From assembly GCF_036321535.1 (NCBI RefSeq), contig NC_087436.1, positions 115,260,001 to 115,324,000 of the forward strand: a stretch of DNA of 64,000 nt, written 5' to 3'. Made by a program: the position numbers and the translations under genes. Under the pieces are notes generated by a model, which was not told where the DNA came from, did not search any database, and saw nothing but the letters and a program-made list of their open reading frames with translations. Positions 50,261 to 64,000 of the stretch are shown piece after piece (position 1 is the first letter of the stretch; each line of letters opens with the position of its first letter). Origin of the DNA: Camelus dromedarius. Lineage: Eukaryota.

Positions 50261-52727
50261 TGTTAAAGTATTTTTAAATACTTTTGTGCAGCATGTCTTC
50301 ATTTTATGATAACTTATAACAGCAATATTTTTATGTGGAGAGATTATTAACATCCATTACACAGCTTCTAAGACTGAGATTTAAGTCCTGTCAGCAAGTG
50401 ATCGAAGTGAAATGTACAGTCAAGTGTCTGATTCTGGAATTTTTGCTCTTATTTCCCATGTTATAATACTATATGACTCTAGGCAAGTAACTTAGCTTCC
50501 TTGATTTTTCCTCATGAGGCGAGAGGACAGCAAAATCTTACAGGGACTGTGTAAGCAAACAAATGTGAAATATAAAGCGCTGAACACATGGTGGGTACAG
50601 AACAAATGTCAGCTTCCTCATTACAAAGCATAAATTAACTCTTTGTAATTGGAAGGAACATGCTGTTACCCAGGGTAGCTTCCAATATTATGTAATTTGA
50701 AATTTCAATTAGGATAGCCTCATGCTTCCTTCTTCTTCCCTCTACATCTGAAGGACCTGAAGACATATGTAAGAGGGCTATACAAAATGAACCATTTAAA
50801 AAAAATATCTCTGAGTTCTCTGGAGGACCATTTCCCCATATGGTGAAGGAAAGGTCCTTCATTAGAGGCAGATAATGTCGTTCTTTATAAAGCATTTCAC
50901 ATTAACTGGCCCTAAAAAGCAAGCTCTTGTGTATGCAGTTGCATTATCTGGGCCAACACTCTGAGCCTCCTGCACAGCCGAGAGTTTTACATACTCCAGG
51001 AAGCGCTGAGCCTGAGATGTTTTGACCAGTGGAAAAACAGGTTCTAAGCAGTTCCAGGAAACTAAAACAGCAAAGTGGAAGGGGACAGAGGAACAATTTA
51101 TTCCTCAAATTTACAAAGGAATCCTTGGTGGGGAGGGAAGCAAAATGCTTGCTTTCTTTTGACTGCTACCATTAAAAATGAAATTTAGATTTCACTTTAA
51201 AACCATGGCATTCCAAGCTGAAGGTTGTGACATTTGGCCACACACCTTTAGTTGTGCAAATAAACATATTAATCTCAATGGAGCTGTGGATTTGCTTATT
51301 TTGTATTAGTGCCAGCCTTAGAATGTGTTCTGATTGCCTGGTTTTACAGAAAACAGGATGTTAAAACTGGATGAAGTGAAGCTTGCATGTTAATGTAATT
51401 CTTTAGAATTAACGTTAGAAAATTGCTTCTATTTAAGGCAGTACCTGATGTGAGTGTTTCTTGTAGTTTTTCAGAAGGTTGTTTTTATAAATTTAAGTTG
51501 ACAAGAGATCCTGACGCTCTCTGAGGGAGCAGTTGCTACTTCCACCTGATTCAGGCCGCAAGGTGTTATGAATACTCTTATTATATGTCACTGGGCTTGC
51601 AGGAGGGACAATGCTGTTTTCCCCTGGGCTGGGAGCACATTTTCTAAGAGGGGTAAGTCATCCCTGATGTTAGTTTGTCCAGGAGATTTTTCCTTCTCAT
51701 ACCGGAAACCAGAACTACAAACGAGCTCCAGGTGGGGGTAACATTCTTGGTCTTGGTGAGGAAGCTTCTTGATGACCAGGAGAAGGACGATGAAGACAGT
51801 TTCAGGATGGAACAAATGATGTAGAAGAGGAGGGGGACTGAGAAGTCGCCCTTCAGTATGTGTGCCTTTCATGATTCTAATGACACCTCTATCAGTGTGT
51901 AAGAGTTAACTCTGGGAAAAGGTCATTCTTTTAAATTATGTTGCTTATATTCCATCATAACAACACCAAAGTGACATATTTAAGCCCATGCAGCTTAGGT
52001 GATAACCTCTGAATCAGTGACTTTTGATTCCTTGGCTCAGAACTATTCTCTCCAAAAAAATACTGCCTTTCCTATTATTTCCTTTGCCCCTCTTGGTCAA
52101 AGTTCAACTTTCCAGCAGGACTGTTTTCTTCTCAACAAGAAGGGATTCCATCAGAGTTGATTAGTGTTCAACGTGCAAGCCTTTGGTTTCAACCCCGCTG
52201 CCTCGTTTTGTAGAACTACACAAGGAAAATGGCAACATCGACAAACTGACTTTAACACTAAACTATGGTTCATGTATCAGATTTTCAGTGTGGGCAGCAG
52301 AACAGAGACAGGATGAAGATGCAGAGTTAGCAAACATCTCTGGGGACTGGAACAGGCACCTATACTTGAGAAAGGGAGGACCCATGTTCCCCACTGCAGT
52401 TTGAGGCTGAACAAGAACTGACAGAAAAAAACATGCCTTCTAAGTCCAGTGGTTCCTGGGGGAGCAGGGGACATAGAAGGTAAGAAAGACACCTTTATCT
52501 GTCACAAATAAGTAAAAATGCAACGTAGGGAAAAGGACATTGACATTGGGATCACATCAGCAAATATCAGAACACTGGCTCTTCCATAACCCACGTTAAG
52601 TTATTGGTCATAATTGAGCCCTAGCTTTCTAATCAGTAAATTGGGGTTAAGGTTAGGGTTATTTTTATAATACTTATATATATTTTATAATACCATTAAG
52701 TTGTTATAGCTTTCAAGTGAACTAAAC

Positions 52728-52931
52728 CGCAGGTCATAAATTATAGCCCATGGCCAAGTCATGCCACTGCCTTCTTTTGTAAATAAAGTTTTATTGGGAC
52801 ACAGCCTTGCCCACTTGTTTTCGTGGCTACAACTGCGGAGTTGGGTAGTTGTGACAGAGACTGAATCTATGGCTTACAGATAATAAAATATTTACTATCT
52901 GACTATAGAAAAAAGAAATTGCTTGCACTTG
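52728..52931 (+). mobile_element. MER58A-like hAT-Charlie element inside a MIR
   Basis: 'ttttgtaaataaagttttattgggacacagcc', 'gagttgggtagttgtgacagagac'; exact 8-bp TSD aactaaac (52720-27 / 52932-39). Confidence 0.9.
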
Positions 52932-54359
52932 AACTAAACTATGTAAACTAAACTAAGTAAAGTACCCATTATCCTGGCACAAAGGGACTACTCACTGCTG
53001 AGCAACAAGTGTTAATTTTGTTATTACTATTATTATCTAGGAATAAGGGCTGTCCGGCTGATGGAAGCAAATGCTATTGTGTTAACTGTGACTTACATTC
53101 TAAATCCGCAATCTCAGAGAACTTGACTAACATTCTACCTTCGTGCTTAACCCATGCACCATTTAAGCAGATGGACTAATAGTATGGATTAGTACTGTCT
53201 AGCATGCAACTACTAGTGTCTGTTGGTTCCCCACCGTAAGGAGCAGTTCTAGACTATGTTTTGTCATTAAGAATATCGTTTCTTTCTTCAGCACAACGTC
53301 TAAATTTGAGGTCAGTCTGAAAAAAAGACTTTTTCTCTATTTCCTACACAGTTCTTTAGAACTTTTCACTCCAACGGTGTTCAAAGGAAAAGGGAGCACT
53401 GAGATTTCTCTTTCAGTCCATTAGAGCAAGAATCATACACTCTATCTCATTTCTCTGGGGTCTCACTCTGGTTCTGCCTTGGCTTCCCAAACTCTAAGCA
53501 TCTCTCAAAAAGGAAGCACTCCCAGTCAATACGGTACTATGCCTTCTATGTGGTGAAGCCCAAAGTGGGTGCGATTCCTGTCAAAGTCTTAGAATGAGTG
53601 AAGTCTAAGGAAGCTTCATGTCCTAATCTTGCCACACATTTTTTTTCTTTGAATATTAGTAGCTTGACCGCATTGGGATGAGAGAGCAGCAAGTGAAGGC
53701 CACTAAAAGGAAGAAATGTTTGGCAATTTTTATAATTTTTATTTCTTCCACACCTTTCGTTACTTTATGTGTCAAATTGCTAGTCATTTACTTGAAGACA
53801 TCACTGAATAATCTCAAAGACTCCATTTGGTTCTATGGCCTGTAATTTCTCCTACCTGATGATAGAATTCTGAGATATGCTGAACTTGATCTACCCGAGG
53901 ACTAGCAAACCCTGAGGAAGTCCACAGCAAACAAGACCTGTGGCAAACTTTCAGACTTAGATACCTAGACCCCTCATGTCAGAGATGTGGAAACTGAAGT
54001 CCAGTGAGTCACCAGCCTGCCTGAGGCCCTGCAGTAGGGAATACAGAAGTGTCAGGTACCTTACAATTCTTCAGCTGCATTCTTTATAAGTGGCTAGAAA
54101 ATATATCATCATATTGTTTCATGAAAAAAGTTAATCAAATGCTGCATTTGGGGTAAATGTTTATAAATAAGATAGTATCCAATAAAGCCTTACATTTTTT
54201 TTATGCACCAACATTTTAGAGAACAATGATGTTTACTCATTCCACAGATATTTATCGACCAATAACCAGGTGCCAGAGATCTATGAATAAATAAAACTGG
54301 TGAAAGTATCTGCCTTAGGGAACTTACATTTTAAAGAGAGGAGCCAGAAAATTAGCAAA

Positions 54360-54550
54360 TACAGTTGGCCTTCCATATCCAAGAGATTACGTACTATGTG
54401 CATACTATGTTTAAGATTGCAGCAGGCTGGTTGAATGTGCGAATGCAGAACCCACTGTGAAGGAGGATTGACTATGGGACTTGAGCATCTGCAGATTTCC
54501 ACAGTAGCTCCTGGAACCAATCTCCCATGGATATTGAGGGAGGAGCTCTG
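54360..54550 (-). mobile_element. TcMar-Tigger MITE (MER2/MER8-like)
   Basis: 'tacagttggccttccatatcc' terminus; 'gggacttgagcatctgcagattt', 'cctggaaccaatctcccatggatattgaggga'. Confidence 0.8.
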
Positions 54551-54626
54551 ATGGTGATAAGTTCTTCGATAAAAAGCAAAGCTGAGAAAGGGAAAGGGGC
54601 TGCAGGGTTAAAAATATCAGTTAACA

Positions 54627-54695
54627 TATAATAGCCAAGATATGGAAACAACTTAAATGTCTATCAACAGATGACTGGATAAAGAAGTTGTGGTG

Positions 54696-54731
<36 letters not shown>

Positions 54732-55210
54732 TATATATACATACAATGGAATACTACTCAGCCATAAAAGAGAATGAAATACTGCCATTTTCAGCAACAT
54801 GGATGGATTTGGAGATCATCATTCTAAGTGAAGTAAGCCAGAAAGAGAAAAAAACTATATGATATCTCTCATATGTGGAATTTTAAAAAAAGGCACAAAT
54901 GAACTTATTTATGAAACATAAACAGACTTCACAGACATAGAAAACAGACATGGTTACCAAAAGGTATAGGGGGCGGGAATAAATAAATTGGGAGTTTGAG
55001 ATTTGCAAATACTAACTACTATACAGAAAATAGATAAACAACATGTTTCTACTATATAGAACATGGAACTATATTCAATATCTTATAGTAATTTATAATG
55101 AAAAAGAATATGAAAATGAATATATGTACTATATGTATGACTGAAACATTATGCTGTACACCAGAAACTGGCACATTATAAACTGACTATACTTCAATCA
55201 AAAAAAAAAA
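54627..55210 (+). mobile_element. Camelid-type L1 3' end
   Basis: 'atagccaagatatggaaacaac...aactgactatacttcaatcaaaaaaaaaaa'; same 3'UTR as 1941-2620 and 6581-7550. Confidence 0.92.
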
Positions 55211-56054
55211 GATGTCTGTCAACTTTAAGTAGAGTGGTTCACAAAAGCTGGGAGATGCTTCAGCAAAAGCCTGCAGGAAAGGAATGAGTAGGTGATGTGG
55301 GTTCTGGAGAGTGAGATTTCCAGGCTAGGGAAGTGTCAGGGAGAGGACCAAGAGACAGGAGGCTACCCAGTCTTTGAGGAACAGTTATGAAGTCATACAT
55401 GGCTGGATTCCAGTGAATCAGAGGGTAGCACCATGGAAGATGGGAGGGATGAACAAAGAACGCTGCAGTGTTCTACAAGCCATTTCTGGCTGGGTTTGAT
55501 TCTGAGTGAAATGGAAGTCATTAAAAGTATGCAGAAATGTTAAGCGGCCTGATTCAAATTGCTTTTGCTGTTTGAGAATAAAGAGAAAAATATAAACCAT
55601 GTTGTTCGGATACAGGGAAAAAAAGTTCAAAATTCCTCCCTGGCATAAAAGACTTTCCATAATTTGGTTCTGTTGTTACACTCGCTCCATGTGACCTTTC
55701 CAACAGTCAGATGTCCACCAAACTTCTCCAAGATCCTGGCAAACTGCTGCTCCCTCTGTCTGATCTTATTCTCCATCTTCTCAGAAAAACCAATGGCTAC
55801 GTAGCTTTCAAGATTCAGTTCAATGAATCTTGACTCTTCTGCCAGATGTCTTTCAGCTGTTAGCCTGGTCCCTTTGCTCTGGGGCCACTGGCAGCACTAT
55901 GGGCAACCCAAGGCCCAGCTCAATGAACTGTTCTTATCCATTTGTGTGTCTGCTTCTGCAGCTGGACTCTGTAGACAATCAGGCTCCATGCTTGGGGCCA
56001 ATGCTAAGTGTATGTGCAGTAAATAAATGACTAAATAATTAAAAGAAAGAGTGG

Positions 56055-56355
56055 GTGAACAGGTTCTAGAGATCTGTAGTACAACATGGGTCCCATAGTT
56101 AACAATATGATATTGGGCACTTCAAAATTTGTTAAGAGGGCAGATCTCATGTTAAGTGTTGTTAACACACACACACGCATGCACGCCAATGAAAAACAGG
56201 AGGACACAGGAAACTCTGAGAGGTACTGAATATGTCTGTTGCCGTGATGGTATCACGGCTGTTTACAAATATTCCATCTCATCAAATTGTACACATTAAC
56301 TATGTATATAATTATATATCAATTATACTTCAATAAAGCTGTCAAAAGAAAAAAA
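56055..56355 (+). mobile_element. L1MA/MB-type 3' end
   Basis: 'ttctagagatctgtagtacaacat', 'gttaagagggcagatctcatgttaagtgtt', 'aattatacttcaataaagctg'. Confidence 0.85.
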
Positions 56356-57574
56356 GGATGAATAATACCTAACTATTCTCTTCTCAGCCACTGTATTCCC
56401 TATCCGCATGGCACTGATGCTCTGAAACCCCAGTATGGCAATGCTTCTCCAGGCTCCTTCTTTGTTTCGTTTATCTTCCTTCTCAACAGCCTTGACTAGG
56501 GAGACTCAGGCAATGAGATAATTTTTTAGACATTAAAATGTTTTCCTGATCCATAAAAGACACAGGTCCCATTTACACTACCAATACAGAATGTGTTTCT
56601 TTTGAAGAAATCTGAGCATCTCTGATGAACTCTATACATGTCTATTTTTATGTCACCTGAGAGTCTTCTCACGTTTTTATTTGCTTTTACATACTGAGGT
56701 GCCAAATTTAACTCCATCAACACAACCTCCCAGAAAAAGGGAGCAGAAGACAAACCAAGATGCATTAAGATGCAGGAGCTAATGGCTCACAGGGGTTCTC
56801 TGCACTAGGCCAGTAATCACAGCCTGTGCGGTTTGGGGAGTTTGGACACACGCAGACACTCATGATGCTGGTACCAACATAAGGTGACCTCAGTAAGACT
56901 GGCAAAAAAAAAAAAGAATCTGAAAAAATTGACTGTACAAATGTCCCCTTTCTCTCTCTCTACCAAGTCATCTTCACTTCAAGCTACCTAATACTGGTTT
57001 TGTGGAATTTTCTAAGCACCATGAGATCATGAGATCATAGACGAGCAGGACTCAAAGTGCGTGAGGACTGGAGGGGAGAAAAAAAAGGTTATTTAGTTTG
57101 TTAAAGGTCAGTCTATCTGGGCCTTACACATTGATTTTCTTAGCTGCTACAGTTAAACAAGTCTCAGAAATAAATGTATTATAGGCAATGGTGTGTTTGC
57201 AACCATCGAGCTGAGCTTTAATTCAAGAATGCAATCAATAAGGTTTGTGTATCCATAACAGAACATGAACAGGAAAAATCTGCGATGGGGGCATGTGTGT
57301 TAGAACAGCTGCCGGTATCTCAGGCCAATGACTGCTTTGACAAATGATCCCCTGCTTCCGGTCAATAACTCATAAGCCAGAATTTACTTTTTATTTACCT
57401 TGCACTATAACCAAAAGGAGGCAAACATCACTATAATTTCCACTTAAAACGTGGGTAAGAGTTGATTGTGTGTGTGCATATATGAGTGTGTATGGCCCAA
57501 AGGACAAAGCATGACCACCAAACGCAGGAGGTTCTTCTGTTGGGGACTGGGTGAGGACTTACAATTGTGGAGGG

Positions 57575-58530
57575 AGAAAATAACTGCTGAAGAAATTTGG
57601 CAATATGCCTTCAGTTTCTTAAGTACTTCCTGCCTTTTAACTTAGAATTCCATTTTGTCTGGATGTTTCCTATGGAAATAGCCCATTGTTTGGGGGAATG
57701 GAAGACTATATACAAAGAAGTTTATTGCAGCATTATTTATAATAGGAAATAATAAAAGCAAACTAACTTTCCAACAGTCATGGTGAGCGTCCTGAATTGG
57801 ATAGTGCACAACAAGTATTAAAGCCATGAGAAAAAGTTATGAGAAAAAAGGATGAGAGGAAATTGGACCCCTGGTATTATTTCAAACACGTAGAAAAACA
57901 TACATAGTACAAATATGGGACATAAATATGCTAAAGAAAATATCCAGTGTTGATTTTAATGTTTTGGGAGTAAGAAGGACTTTCTTTCCTTATCACTGTG
58001 TATTTTCCACATTTATTACAATGAGTAGCACTATTATTAAAATAAAAAAAAACTTTTACTTAATAACTTGATTTCCTAAAATTACCAACATCAAGGGAAG
58101 AGACTGTAAAAGAAAAGGCTAATAAATTTACTCTCTAAACATTAATAAGCACAATTTCTTACTTTCAAAAACATTATAAATAAAGCTAAAAGTCAAAGAG
58201 CAAACTGAAAGTGGAAAATGAAACTTCGATGTTAATTTTGTTGATAATTGTTAATGTTAAAAACATTTAAAAATAATAAAAAAGTGAGTATTTTAATATA
58301 ATATATTATATAACATATATATTAAGAACATTTACTTGTATATTACAGGCTATATGTATTAAAATTCTATTATATAATAAAATATGTAATTATGTGTAAT
58401 ATATAAATATTCTTGACATATAGATCAAGGCAAAATCAGCAAATCAGCTGGTCAGACGATTTGAAATAAACACATCAGTAAAATAACCAAACATAAACTT
58501 TCCAAAAGAGGAAACATGAATGGACAATAG
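57575..58530 (+). mobile_element. Decayed L1ME-type fragments
   Basis: 'aatttggcaatat', 'gaattccatttt', 'gtttattgcagcattatttataatagga'. Confidence 0.5.
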
Positions 58531-58669
58531 TGTCAGGCCTAGGATTTAACTATTAACATGACAGTTCTCCAGAGAAGATTAAATTTTCAATCCCACAGCA
58601 TCTACTGTACCAAGATCAGGGACAGAGTGGGACCCAGAGTGAGCAACTCCGAGTCAGTGACTCAAGAAC

Positions 58670-59060
58670 TTTTTTTTAAACTTTATATATTTATTTTTAT
58701 TGAAGTATAGTTGATTTACAGTGTTGTGTTATACTCTGGTGTATAACACACTTGTTCATTTATATGTATATGTATATCCATTTTCATATTCTTTTTCATT
58801 CTAGGCCATTACGAGGTATTGAATACAGTTCCTGTGCTTTACAGGAGGACCTTCTTGTTTGTATGTTTTATATATAGTAGTTAGATCTACAAATCCCAAG
58901 CTCCCAATTTATTTCTTCCCACCCTCTTGCTCCCTAGTGGTTACCAGAAGAGAAATTTGTTTTCTACATCTGTGAGTCTGTCTCTGTTTTGTAAGTAAGT
59001 TCATTTGGGTCCTTTTTTTAGATTCCACATATAAGTGGTATCATATGGTGTCTTTCTCTC
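58670..59060 (-). mobile_element. Camelid-type L1 3' end
   Basis: 'ttttattgaagtatagttgatttacag...tagattccacatataagtggtatcatatgg'. Confidence 0.9.
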
Positions 59061-59974
59061 CTGAACCTTCTGAGCCACAGAAGCAGCCCACTTTTTCCCA
59101 TTAAGGGCTAGAGCACTCCGCTTGCTTACAGCCAAGGCAGAGAGCTCTGCTGTGTAGAACAGCATGCACCTTCCTCAGGACTTCCCCCTACTTTCTTATC
59201 TGGCCAGCAGACCAATAATTTAAATCAAGTCACGATTCCACCTGGCCTGGGAAGTGATAAGCCTGCTAGGTGAAAAAGGGATTAATTGAAGTTTATAGGT
59301 AAAGAAACTGTTATATAGGTGCTGACTTTCACTCAGTTATGGTTAGGACAATTTTACATGGTAAAGGAGAATTACATCTTTGTTTTCATCTTCTGTTCTA
59401 ACTTGCTGTGATAATTATATGTTTACTGAGATTAACAAGAGAACATTACATGCCATTCCTGGAAATATCAACAGAAAAATTTGGAATTTCATATTCTTTT
59501 CTGCTAAGTTTTCTCTCATGATCTATAACAAAATACATTTTTATTTATAGAGCATTCATGGCATAAATCACTAACTGCTGAATTTCCAAGGAGATTCAAC
59601 TCATTGATATTAAACTTTCAATAGGTAACTAGATTGTGTAGAATATGATTATGGAACTCAATTATGTATTATTTTTATCACTAAACACAAAGAAGTTACA
59701 GTAAATGCTAAAATAATGCAAATCGGGTGGGAGAGGAAATTTAGTCAATATCCGTATGGAATCTCACTTATTGTTTCTTGAATTATTTTCCATTTTACTT
59801 GTAATATTTACTTGTACTTTCTTTCTTACACCTAGGTCCTTCATATATTTTTGGCGGACTCTAGTACCTAGCATAGCACCTTTCCCATAGAACTTCTTCT
59901 GATTTTTATTCTTAGAACTAGATTAGTGAGTTGAAAGCAAATCATATAATGCATTGAGCTAAGTGCAAGCTCAG

Positions 59975-60100
59975 ATGTATTCATTTTTTCATGAAACATG
60001 TACTGAGTTCCTACTCTATGCCAGGAATCCTGCTAGGCACTGAGTGTACTGTGTTGAAAAGCATGGTCTCTGCTCCCAAGGGACTCACATCTTTAAATGC
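59975..60100 (-). mobile_element. L2 3' end
   Basis: 'aaacatgtactgagttcctactctatgccagg...tgctaggcactgag...ctcccaagggactcacatct'. Confidence 0.7.
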
Positions 60101-61077
60101 CCTGGAATGAACAGATGTAAAAACCAAAACCTACTTGATAGAAAAGATCCTCCATGAATTCTGGCTGTAGGTGATAATAATGGTTTAACTTCCTAGATAA
60201 ACTCATTGGTCTAGTGTCAAAAAAAGAGAGTTAGATTTTATCACAACTCATTATGACACACATATAGCAAAAAAATACCCCCAATTTAATACTATACCTT
60301 AGTGTAATTTATATTCTCCAGATTCAAATTTTACAAAAGCTGTTCAAGAATCTGTCATAGTCTATCATAGGCTCTTTTGCCTACTATATTTAGTGTCTCT
60401 TTTCATTTAGTTTTTTGTGCAAATAGCGATCACTCTATCCTACTTTGTCCCAGCTCTTAGAGCATAGCAATAAATATTTTCTGAACTCGATTGGGAAAAT
60501 ATTAGTCTTATTTTAAGACCCATCTCAACTGTAAGTTCTGTGATGCTTTCCATGATTTGTCTTTAAAGTGTAAACCTCTCCTCTGTTTTTACTCCTATGA
60601 TTCTTACTCGAAGAGGAAAGGAGGATATTAGAAAAAGAATTAACAAAAATAAACCAAGGAGTCTCATCAGTTCATGATATGAGCATATGTCATCGAGTTC
60701 AGTCTTCCCTATTGGAAGAATGCATACATTATTTTTAATAACTGCTCAATCTGAAAGTTGCTTTCAAAGCATAATACCAGAGAAACATTGCCCATAACCC
60801 TGATGATTCTGAGGTTATGTACATGTAGATATAAAATATTTATGGAAAACATAAGATGTCTAGTGTGCACTCAGCATGTTTGCAAGGGTCAGCATTCTTT
60901 TTGTTGTTGTTGTTGTTACTATTGTTGAAATTTGAGTATAACACTGAATGAGCACGTGCTTGTTGCAGTCCCCCAAATTTGTATTCAAGTCATAACTCAC
61001 CTATTCAGTACACCCATCCTCAGTAATCTCATCTGCAAATTAGTAATGACAGTATTTAACTTCATAAATGGATTGTA

Positions 61078-61356
61078 GAAAAATTGTGCTCTACACTGGA
61101 ATTTGACACAACATGTAAAATGATTATAAATCAATAAAAAATGTTAAAAAATACCCACGGGATTTTAAAATTGTAGAATAGATAAGATTATACTGTATAG
61201 CACAGGGAAATATACACAAGATCTTATGGTAGCTCACAGAGAAAAAAATGTGACAATGAATATATATATGTTCACATATAACTGAAAAATTGTGCTCTAC
61301 ACTGGAATTTGACACAACATTGTAAAATGATTATAAACCAATAAAAAATGTTAAAA
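61078..61356 (+). mobile_element. Dimeric young camelid L1 3' tail inside a MIR
   Basis: Two copies of 'gaaaaattgtgctctacactggaatttgacacaacat...aataaaaaatgttaaaaa'; exact TSD aaatggattgta (61066-77 / 61357-68). Confidence 0.9.
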
Positions 61357-61759
61357 AAATGGATTGTAAATATGAAATAGCATGAGACAAGTAAAAATCT
61401 TAAAATACTGCCTGGTTATAGAAAGCACTCAATGTATGTTGATTTTTGTTTTATTAACTCAAGCTCTTAAGGAAGGTGAGCAGCTGTCTTCTATACAGTG
61501 AACCATACTATGATATTTGCTTTCTGGAATTTATAGAAAGATGTTTATATTATGTATCTTTTCACTTTATTTTCTGTCTTCTGTTTATCTATCTATCTAT
61601 CTATTTATTTATTTTTGCTAACTGAAATATATACTATATCATATATAAAAATATATACTGAATGGTTAATTCAAATATAATGGAAGTTGAATGATTATTG
61701 TCAATGACAACAGGAAAATCACTTTTCAACTATGTTTTAGCAATATATTATGCATAAAG

Positions 61760-61900
61760 TATGTTGCTTGGAAGTTTCATATATGTAGCATCATTGTTCT
61801 TAAAACAAATTTGTAAGTCACATGTTATTATCACTTTTCAATGAGGAAACTGAGGCTCAGAAAGGTACTTACTGAAAGTAACTTGGCTAGTCTATACTTG
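61760..61900 (-). mobile_element. MIR fragment
   Basis: 'atgaggaaactgaggctcagaaagg'. Confidence 0.75.
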
Positions 61901-62019
61901 GTAATGTAACAATTATTTTCACATATTTATCTGAACCCCACCCAGGTTCCTTGTCCATAAAATTATGTGTAGAAGGTAATATGTAAAAGATGCAAACCTA
62001 AATAAAATCATAAAAATTA

Positions 62020-63670
62020 AAAGAGGGTTATAGTTAATAAATCAACATAGGTAAAACTGAATTACACCAGTTACTGATTTAATAAAAAATAAAGTAGAAA
62101 AATAGGAGAAAGTGAACAGAGAAAGGATGGGATAAACAGAAAGCAAATAACAAAAGAATACATTTAAACCTAACCAAATCAATAATTACACTATATGTAA
62201 TTAGTCTAAATTACACAATTATTTCAATTAAATCAATTATCTCAGTTTGGATATAAAGGACAGCCCAACTACATGCTGCCCAAGAAAACAACTTTTAGTA
62301 TAAAGGACCAAAAAAGTTAAAAGTAAAAGGATGAAAAATTATATTCTTTGCTCTGGAGGAGGAGTTCACAGCAAAGAATAATGCAGGGTAACAAAGTCAT
62401 TTCATAATGATAATGGGGTAAGTTCAGTAGGAGAACGTAACAATCCTAAATGTTTATGTATCTAATAACAGGACCCTAATACACACAAAAGTAACAGTAA
62501 TAAAATTAAAGGAGAAATAGTTAAATCCATAGTTAAAGTCAGAGATTTCAATACTTCTCTCTCAGTAACTGACATTACAAGTAGACAGGAAATCTCTAAC
62601 TGTATCAAAGATTTAAAGAGAATAATCAGCCAGCTTGATCTAATTAATATTTATAGAACACACTCTGACAGCAGACTATTATTAAGATAAATTAAAGAAG
62701 ATTTACATAACTGGAAAAATATGCCCTGCTCATTGGTCAGTAGACTCAATGTTGTTAAGATGTCAGTTCTTCCCAAATTAATCTATTGATTCAATGCAAC
62801 CATAATAAAAATCCTGGCAGAACTGTTTTTTCAACGAATTGACAAGGCGATGCTAAAATGCGTATGGAAATATGAAAGTCCTAGAATGATCAAAACGATC
62901 TTGAAAAAGAAGATCACAGTTGGAAGTGTAAGACTACACTATTTCACATATTATTTTAATGTTACAGCAATCTAGAAAATCATCATGTTTTCGGTGGAGC
63001 AGATTAGAGAATTTAGAAATAGCATTTTCATATATGGATACTGATTTTTGATAAAGATGAGAAAGTAATTCAATGGAGAAAGGGTAGCTTTTCTGCAAAA
63101 TAGTGCTAGACTAGTTGTATGTTCATGTGCAGCAAAGTGAAATTTCAATACGTACTTTATATCATATGCAAAAATTAAATACATCATATATCTAAATGCA
63201 AAACCTTGAGCTTTAAATCTTCTAGGGGAAAACTACTGTGATTTTGAATTAGGCAAATATTTTTTAGTTACAACATCAAAAGTATGACCCATAAAAGAAC
63301 AAATTAATAAATTAGACTTAGTAAACATCATGAAATTCTGTTCTTCAAAAGACACTTCGGAGAATGAGGGGGCAAGTCACAGACTGGGAGAAAAATGTTT
63401 GCAAAGCATCTCTCTGTTAAAGGACTTACATTCGTATATATATATATATATATGAAGAAGGCCCAATGTCACCAGTCATTAGGAAATGCAAATTAAACTT
63501 ACAGTGAGGTCTCACTACACACATACCAAGATGGTTACATGAAAATGAAAAAAAAAAAAAAAGATTGATCATGTCAAGTGAGACTTGTATGTGAATAGCA
63601 GTTTTATTTATAGTAGCCCCAAACTGCAAACAACCCAAAACGTCTATTAAGAAGTGAAGATGAGAATGGA
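62020..63670 (+). mobile_element. Old L1 (L1M) inter-ORF/ORF2 fragments with internal deletions
   Basis: 'catttcataatgataatgggg', 'aatcctaaatgtttatgtatctaataacag', 'tgtcagttcttcccaaatt', 'attaggaaatgcaaatta'. Confidence 0.85.
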
Positions 63671-64000
63671 ATATTTCTAATTCTAAAAGTACTCAAGTAT
63701 ATGAGACAGAGATTATCTTTTTATGAGGGAAACTCCCAATTCCAGAAACAGACTTTTAATTATTTTGTACTTATTTTGGTAAAGATGTATATCTTCATTT
63801 TGAGCCTGTGATTTGTATATGAGAATGATGATACAATTTCATTTAAGCATCGCAATATAATCAACATGGAGAAGGCAAAAAAAAAAAAAACAAAACAGTG
63901 TCCCTTAGTATCCATATAATTTGAAAACTATTCAGTAATAAATAGGAATAACTATTGATTTACCCTAAAACATGAAGGAATCTCAAAATAATTCTGAGTA

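Larger units (their letters stand above)
54230..55600 (-). mobile_element. L2 3' region split by a Tigger MITE and an L1
   Basis: 'tcattccacagatatttatcgacc', 'ctgccttagggaacttacatttta', 'tctgagtgaaatggaagtcattaaaag'. Confidence 0.65.

Noticed and set aside
1..64000. CRISPR array, operon or other novel multi-gene system
   Set aside because: No regularly spaced repeat-spacer array and no gene-dense coding DNA; the window is mammalian repeat-rich non-coding sequence.

Overview
Mammalian, AT-rich, CpG-depleted, repeat-rich non-coding DNA (intergenic or deep intronic). It is most likely from a camelid (alpaca/llama/camel). That inference rests on two tRNA-Ala(AGC)-derived Vic-1-type SINEs, many short camelid-type L1 3' tails, and no Alu, Bov-A/B or PRE-1 copies that I could recognise. 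I found no supportable protein-coding exon, RNA gene, CRISPR array or prokaryote-like system; the ORF track is explained by L1/LTR remnants and chance ORFs. The interesting structure is in the transposon architecture: (1) a Russian-doll nest at 30.6-33.8 kb where one small MLT1A-type LTR is split by five solo ERV LTRs and an L1 tail, within a 7.5 kb island of about 11 LTRs; (2) two copies of one LTR family tail-to-tail 102 bp apart, a potential long hairpin; (3) an old ~265 bp duplication bracketing an L1 at 23.1-25.4 kb with a near-invariant 28 bp end; (4) a dimeric young L1 tail inside one TSD at 61.1 kb; (5) an orphan L1 5'UTR and several fold-back scars. Repeat family names are from memory of consensus sequences and need RepeatMasker/Dfam confirmation. 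Boundaries without a stated TSD are approximate.
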